A stretch of 64,000 bases of DNA. It comes from a virus. The position numbers and the translations under genes are program-made. The DNA is taken from the IMG/VR virus record IMGVR_UViG_3300027608_000016, positions 32,001 to 96,000 of that record, one strand, 5' to 3'. The notes under the pieces were generated by a model. That model saw nothing but the letters and a program-made list of their open reading frames with translations, was not told the DNA's origin and did not search any database. Each line of letters opens with the position of its first letter. The first letter of the stretch is position 1. Shown here piece by piece: positions 60,798 through 64,000 of this stretch.

Positions 60798-61022
60798 TCA
60801 ATCCTTAAATTTAACCCCAAGAAATTCCCAATTCTTTCTCTTCAGAGGATTAAGAAGATTAGCTTTGAAAGTAGGACTTCTTTCAGCCATTAAAAGAACC
60901 TTTGTTTGAAAGTGATTGTCTTGTTCTTCTCTGAGAGATAACTCCAAATGTTTACAATATGCTTGCTTATCTTCAAGGAGTTTAATATAGTATTCAGGAC
61001 TGCAAGGAGGATTAAAATTCAT
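60798..61022 (-). CDS. Hypothetical protein
   Basis: ORF overlapping upstream stop. Confidence 0.45.
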   Translation of the reverse strand: MNFNPPCSPEYYIKLLEDKQAYCKHLELSLREEQDNHFQTKVLLMAERSPTFKANLLNPLKRKNWEFLGVKFKD

Positions 61023-61281
61023 AATTAATATCAGGGTGTAAGGTTAGCAATGTTTTCAAATCTTGCTTTAGCCGTTCCTTCTCGTTGGTGAGTTTTTCCT
61101 TCTCCACAAACCAACCATGTAGCTTATCCTCTAGCTCTTGGATTCTCTTTAACTGTGACTCGATTACCTCATTCCCAAACCCGAAAGGACGTTTTTGCTT
61201 TTTGATTTTCTCCAATTCAGCATTTACTTTGGAAAGTTCTTTGGAAAGTTCATCTGCGCTTAATGCGTTTTCAGTTATCAT
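61012..61281 (-). CDS. Hypothetical coiled-coil protein
   Basis: TTGACA-N17-TATTAT-N6-ATG. Confidence 0.6.
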   Translation of the reverse strand: MITENALSADELSKELSKVNAELEKIKKQKRPFGFGNEVIESQLKRIQELEDKLHGWFVEKEKLTNEKERLKQDLKTLLTLHPDINYEF

Positions 61282-61312
61282 TTGAACATAATACTACAAT
61301 GCATATTAAATG

Positions 61313-61669
61313 TCAATGTTTAATATTATACTTCTTGAAACGTGACAACGCTGCTATTAACTTCTTTAAGTCTGAATGATGACGATGATCACGCACAACA
61401 GGAGCAAACGCATCCAGTATCTCCTCCTCCTCCTTCGATGTAACGCCATACAGCACTTTAGTCTCTATCTCCCCTTCCACATCAGGACGCCACACATCCA
61501 TCTCACTGTATCTATCTCCTGTTCCCTGAAAGAAATCCAAGTCAGATTCATCTTGTCCTAGGTAATCAGGATTACTGCCGTAGTCCGTAGGATATGTAAC
61601 ACCCGTCAACGGATAGTCCAATTCAAACTCTTTTCTAGAACCTTTCAACTGGTCTATTACGATTAGTGA
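61313..61669 (-). CDS. Inorganic pyrophosphatase-like domain; no clean start, in frame after TAG of upstream gene
   Basis: IVID..KGS...YP...YP.DYG...D..D.D...G...ETKVL.G. Confidence 0.6.
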   Translation of the reverse strand, partial: SLIVIDQLKGSRKEFELDYPLTGVTYPTDYGSNPDYLGQDESDLDFFQGTGDRYSEMDVWRPDVEGEIETKVLYGVTSKEEEEILDAFAPVVRDHRHHSDLKKLIAALSRFKKYNIKH

Positions 61670-62071
61670 CTACATAAAGCCACTGAGAATATATCCAAAC
61701 CGTTTAGCATTGTCAACAGAATCCTTTGTGAATGAGACATATATAGGACTTATTCCTTTATCTCTCAATACTGCAAATCTATGCCTTCCATTGATAAACA
61801 TAACCTTGCCAGAATCATCCACGGATACTTCTGGCGATTCTAATGTTCCTCCTGAAGATTCTAATCCTTTATAGAATTTCTCAAATTTCTCTCTACGATC
61901 TGCAATACCGCCTTTTCCAAATGCAATATAGAAACCAACATCTTTACTCCAAGCAGCGTCAAATTTTTTTATGTCGACAGGAAGCAACACATCATTATTA
62001 TGTTCAGACCTTTGCGACCTCTTTGTTTGAACCGTTTCCATTATTAAATCATATAACTGCGAGAACTTCAT
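61670..62071 (-). CDS. ParB/Srx-like protein with leader
   Basis: P.V......F.NGRHRFAVLRD.G...I.V. Confidence 0.7.
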   Translation of the reverse strand: MKFSQLYDLIMETVQTKRSQRSEHNNDVLLPVDIKKFDAAWSKDVGFYIAFGKGGIADRREKFEKFYKGLESSGGTLESPEVSVDDSGKVMFINGRHRFAVLRDKGISPIYVSFTKDSVDNAKRFGYILSGFM

Positions 62072-62092
62072 ATATCTATTTAGTCTCAAACA
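61978..62092. repeat. 115-bp exact direct repeat, copy 1 (late promoter + leader codons)
   Basis: Identical to 62659-62773. Confidence 0.95.
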
Positions 62093-62180
62093 ACTGCAGA
62101 ATAACTAATTGTTTTTTATCGTCCTCATTGATTACCCCCATCATTTCTTTGATTCTATATATATTTTCCTGTAGGTTCAT
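62076..62180 (-). pseudogene. Truncated gene with a different leader type
   Basis: MNLQENIYRIKEMMGVINEDDKKQLVILQ then runs into the repeat and stops; TAATG coupling to upstream gene. Confidence 0.7.
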
Positions 62181-62752
62181 TATAAATCATTTTTTGTTAG
62201 AATCTTAATCTTAATAGGTTTGTTTGCCGCAACTGATGCATATAATCTTGTTCTACCGCCAACAACATGGTATTTGTCGTTATGTTTCAATACAACTGGT
62301 GATTCATATTCATTATTAACAATTCTATCATAATTCTTTACAGGTTTATACCCCCTGTTTCTGTTCTCACCCGAATCTCTAATATCCATATATTCCCCAT
62401 ACTCTTTTCTCGAATCATCCATTTTGGAAATTTGAAGCATTTTTGATAATAAACCCTTATCGTTTGATTTATTCTCTAAATTATGGAATGTTTTTATCTG
62501 TGTGTAATCCACCTCTTCTGTTGGTAATGAATCTATAATTGGTGTTAATCTTTCCACCGATTCTTTATCATTCTTATATCCAGCTTGTTTAACCACTGAT
62601 TTAATAACCTTATCGTCTTGACCAACCAACTCCCAAGCTTCTTCATCTGAGGATTCTTCAGGAAGCAACACATCATTATTATGTTCAGACCTTTGCGACC
62701 TCTTTGTTTGAACCGTTTCCATTATTAAATCATATAACTGCGAGAACTTCAT
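62180..62752 (-). CDS. ParB/Srx-like protein carrying the duplicated leader
   Basis: PVVL....YHVVGGRTRL.A; first 31 aa identical to 61670-62071. Confidence 0.7.
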   Translation of the reverse strand: MKFSQLYDLIMETVQTKRSQRSEHNNDVLLPEESSDEEAWELVGQDDKVIKSVVKQAGYKNDKESVERLTPIIDSLPTEEVDYTQIKTFHNLENKSNDKGLLSKMLQISKMDDSRKEYGEYMDIRDSGENRNRGYKPVKNYDRIVNNEYESPVVLKHNDKYHVVGGRTRLYASVAANKPIKIKILTKNDL

Positions 62753-62773
62753 ATATCTATTTAGTCTCAAACA
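62659..62773. repeat. 115-bp exact direct repeat, copy 2
   Basis: Identical to 61978-62092. Confidence 0.95.
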
Positions 62774-63051
62774 TCCCATCCTCCTAACTCTAACGCTTGA
62801 GGATCACCAAAGACTGCAATGGTTTGATATACACTTGGGGTTTTGTGGAGGAAGGATGGATATCTACGAGTATGCTTCTCTACCACCGCTGCAACTTCCT
62901 CCCCATGCTCAACCATACGTTTAGCGCACATAATAGCCTCTTCTCGCGCTTCAAAATGAAAAACCTCACTGGCATCCCCAAACTCATCAATAGAGCGGGT
63001 TTCATACTCTACGACCTTTATACTGACATTATCCTTTGATACTGTTTCCAT
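62767..63051 (-). CDS. Hypothetical protein
   Basis: TTGACA-N16-TTTAAT-N6-ATG. Confidence 0.6.
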   Translation of the reverse strand: METVSKDNVSIKVVEYETRSIDEFGDASEVFHFEAREEAIMCAKRMVEHGEEVAAVVEKHTRRYPSFLHKTPSVYQTIAVFGDPQALELGGWDV

Positions 63052-63279
63052 GTGACTATTAAAGCAGATATAAATGAACTGTCAAGAAATACTTAACAGT
63101 TCAATTCTACTCTGACTGCTGTTGGATACATTAAGTTCCTAACATGATCTAATAGTTCTATCAGTGAAATTAACACTCCACCAATCCTCACTTTGATGTT
63201 CATGTCCACTTTGATTGGCTATATGCAGGTAATCTCCCTCAAACCTAGTATTATAATTTCTCCTTCTATGGTAGTAACT

Positions 63280-63801
63280 TTAACCATAATAATCATTAGG
63301 AGATATGTTATTCTCTTGTAGTAATGTCAACAAATGGTTATACATCTTCAAAACCTTAGCATGTGCAGAAAGTTCAGCTTTTTTATTCTCCTCTGTATTT
63401 TTCTTGGGTAGTCTGCATATCGAATAATCAATCAATGCGTTTTCAAAGTTTATTAATGTTGTGGCATAAGGGAAAGACTTCTCGAAATCATTAAAGAAAA
63501 AGGATTCTGGTAGGTCTTCAACTTTTAATTGTGGTGAAATGCCTTCAAGTTTAAAGTGGTGATCATTCGCATCATTCGCATCATCAACCCATTGCGCCCA
63601 TACATGTCTCCAATCAGAATCATATGCAGCTTGTATTTCATGTCGAACACTCCACAAGAAACACGCTTTACAAACTTTCTGTATTGGAGTATGATGTTTT
63701 TGGCACTTCACTATTTTTTCTGGTGAAGGGAGGTCAGGCGTAAATCCCCAACTTTCATGTATCTTCTCAACTTTACGTTTAATATAATGACAAGTTTCCA
63801 T
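63280..63801 (-). CDS. Hypothetical protein
   Basis: 173-aa ORF. Confidence 0.5.
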   Translation of the reverse strand: METCHYIKRKVEKIHESWGFTPDLPSPEKIVKCQKHHTPIQKVCKACFLWSVRHEIQAAYDSDWRHVWAQWVDDANDANDHHFKLEGISPQLKVEDLPESFFFNDFEKSFPYATTLINFENALIDYSICRLPKKNTEENKKAELSAHAKVLKMYNHLLTLLQENNISPNDYYG

Positions 63802-64000
63802 ATTGCTTATATTATCTGGAAAGTTTTGCCGTCGATTGATTGCTTTAACTTACCAGCCAGTTCTCTACACTTGGCAATAAGGAACTCTGTCTCTTTACGG
63901 TGATGATCTTCTAACTCTTGAAATGTAGCATTATCTGGAAGTCTTTTTACTTTAATCCAAGAGTAGTTATCCTCTTCTATAATCGCATCTAATTCGTCCA

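Noticed and set aside
61978-62773. IS element with target-site duplication
   Set aside because: No transposase or terminal inverted repeats, and 115 bp is far longer than typical target duplications.
1-64000. Genome-wide stop-codon reassignment, prompted by in-frame continuation after TAG at 10601, 22065 and 61670 and TGA at 60713
   Set aside because: Long genes are intact in code 11 with high coding density, and TAG and TGA terminate genes at normal overlapping junctions (6146, 8147, 2042, 5400).
1-64000. tRNA or rRNA genes
   Set aside because: No cloverleaf or T-loop context recognised by eye and intergenic gaps are short; tRNAscan-SE would be needed to exclude them.

Overview
AT-rich (about 30% GC by eye) segment of a large T4-like/jumbo myophage genome. 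Positions 1-14.5 kb are a co-oriented island of about 17 glycosyltransferase and sugar-modification genes. Positions 14.5-31 kb hold T4-type core genes: gp47, gp55 late sigma, UvsW, UvsY, primase gp61, gp4 and dUTPase. Positions 31-64 kb are a mosaic of single-gene cassettes. Two promoter classes can be read directly upstream of start codons: sigma70-like TTGACA-N16-TATAAT placed 5-7 nt before the ATG (apparently leaderless mRNAs), and a late TAAATA box. The main signal is that more than 20 otherwise unrelated genes, nearly all behind a TAAATA box, share an N-terminal leader (MKF-x2-L-x3-5-[ILV]-x-E, or a KD..L..Y..[IL]xE variant) resembling the T4 capsid-targeting sequence plus prohead-protease site. 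Their cargo domains include ArdC-peptidase, SNF2 helicase, SprT proteases, ParB-like domains, lysozyme, a Gp88-like protein and a 29-aa repeat protein. An exact 115-bp duplication of promoter+leader at 62 kb flanks an apparently foreign insert and may record how new cargo is recruited. Product calls come from motif recognition only; no database searches were run.
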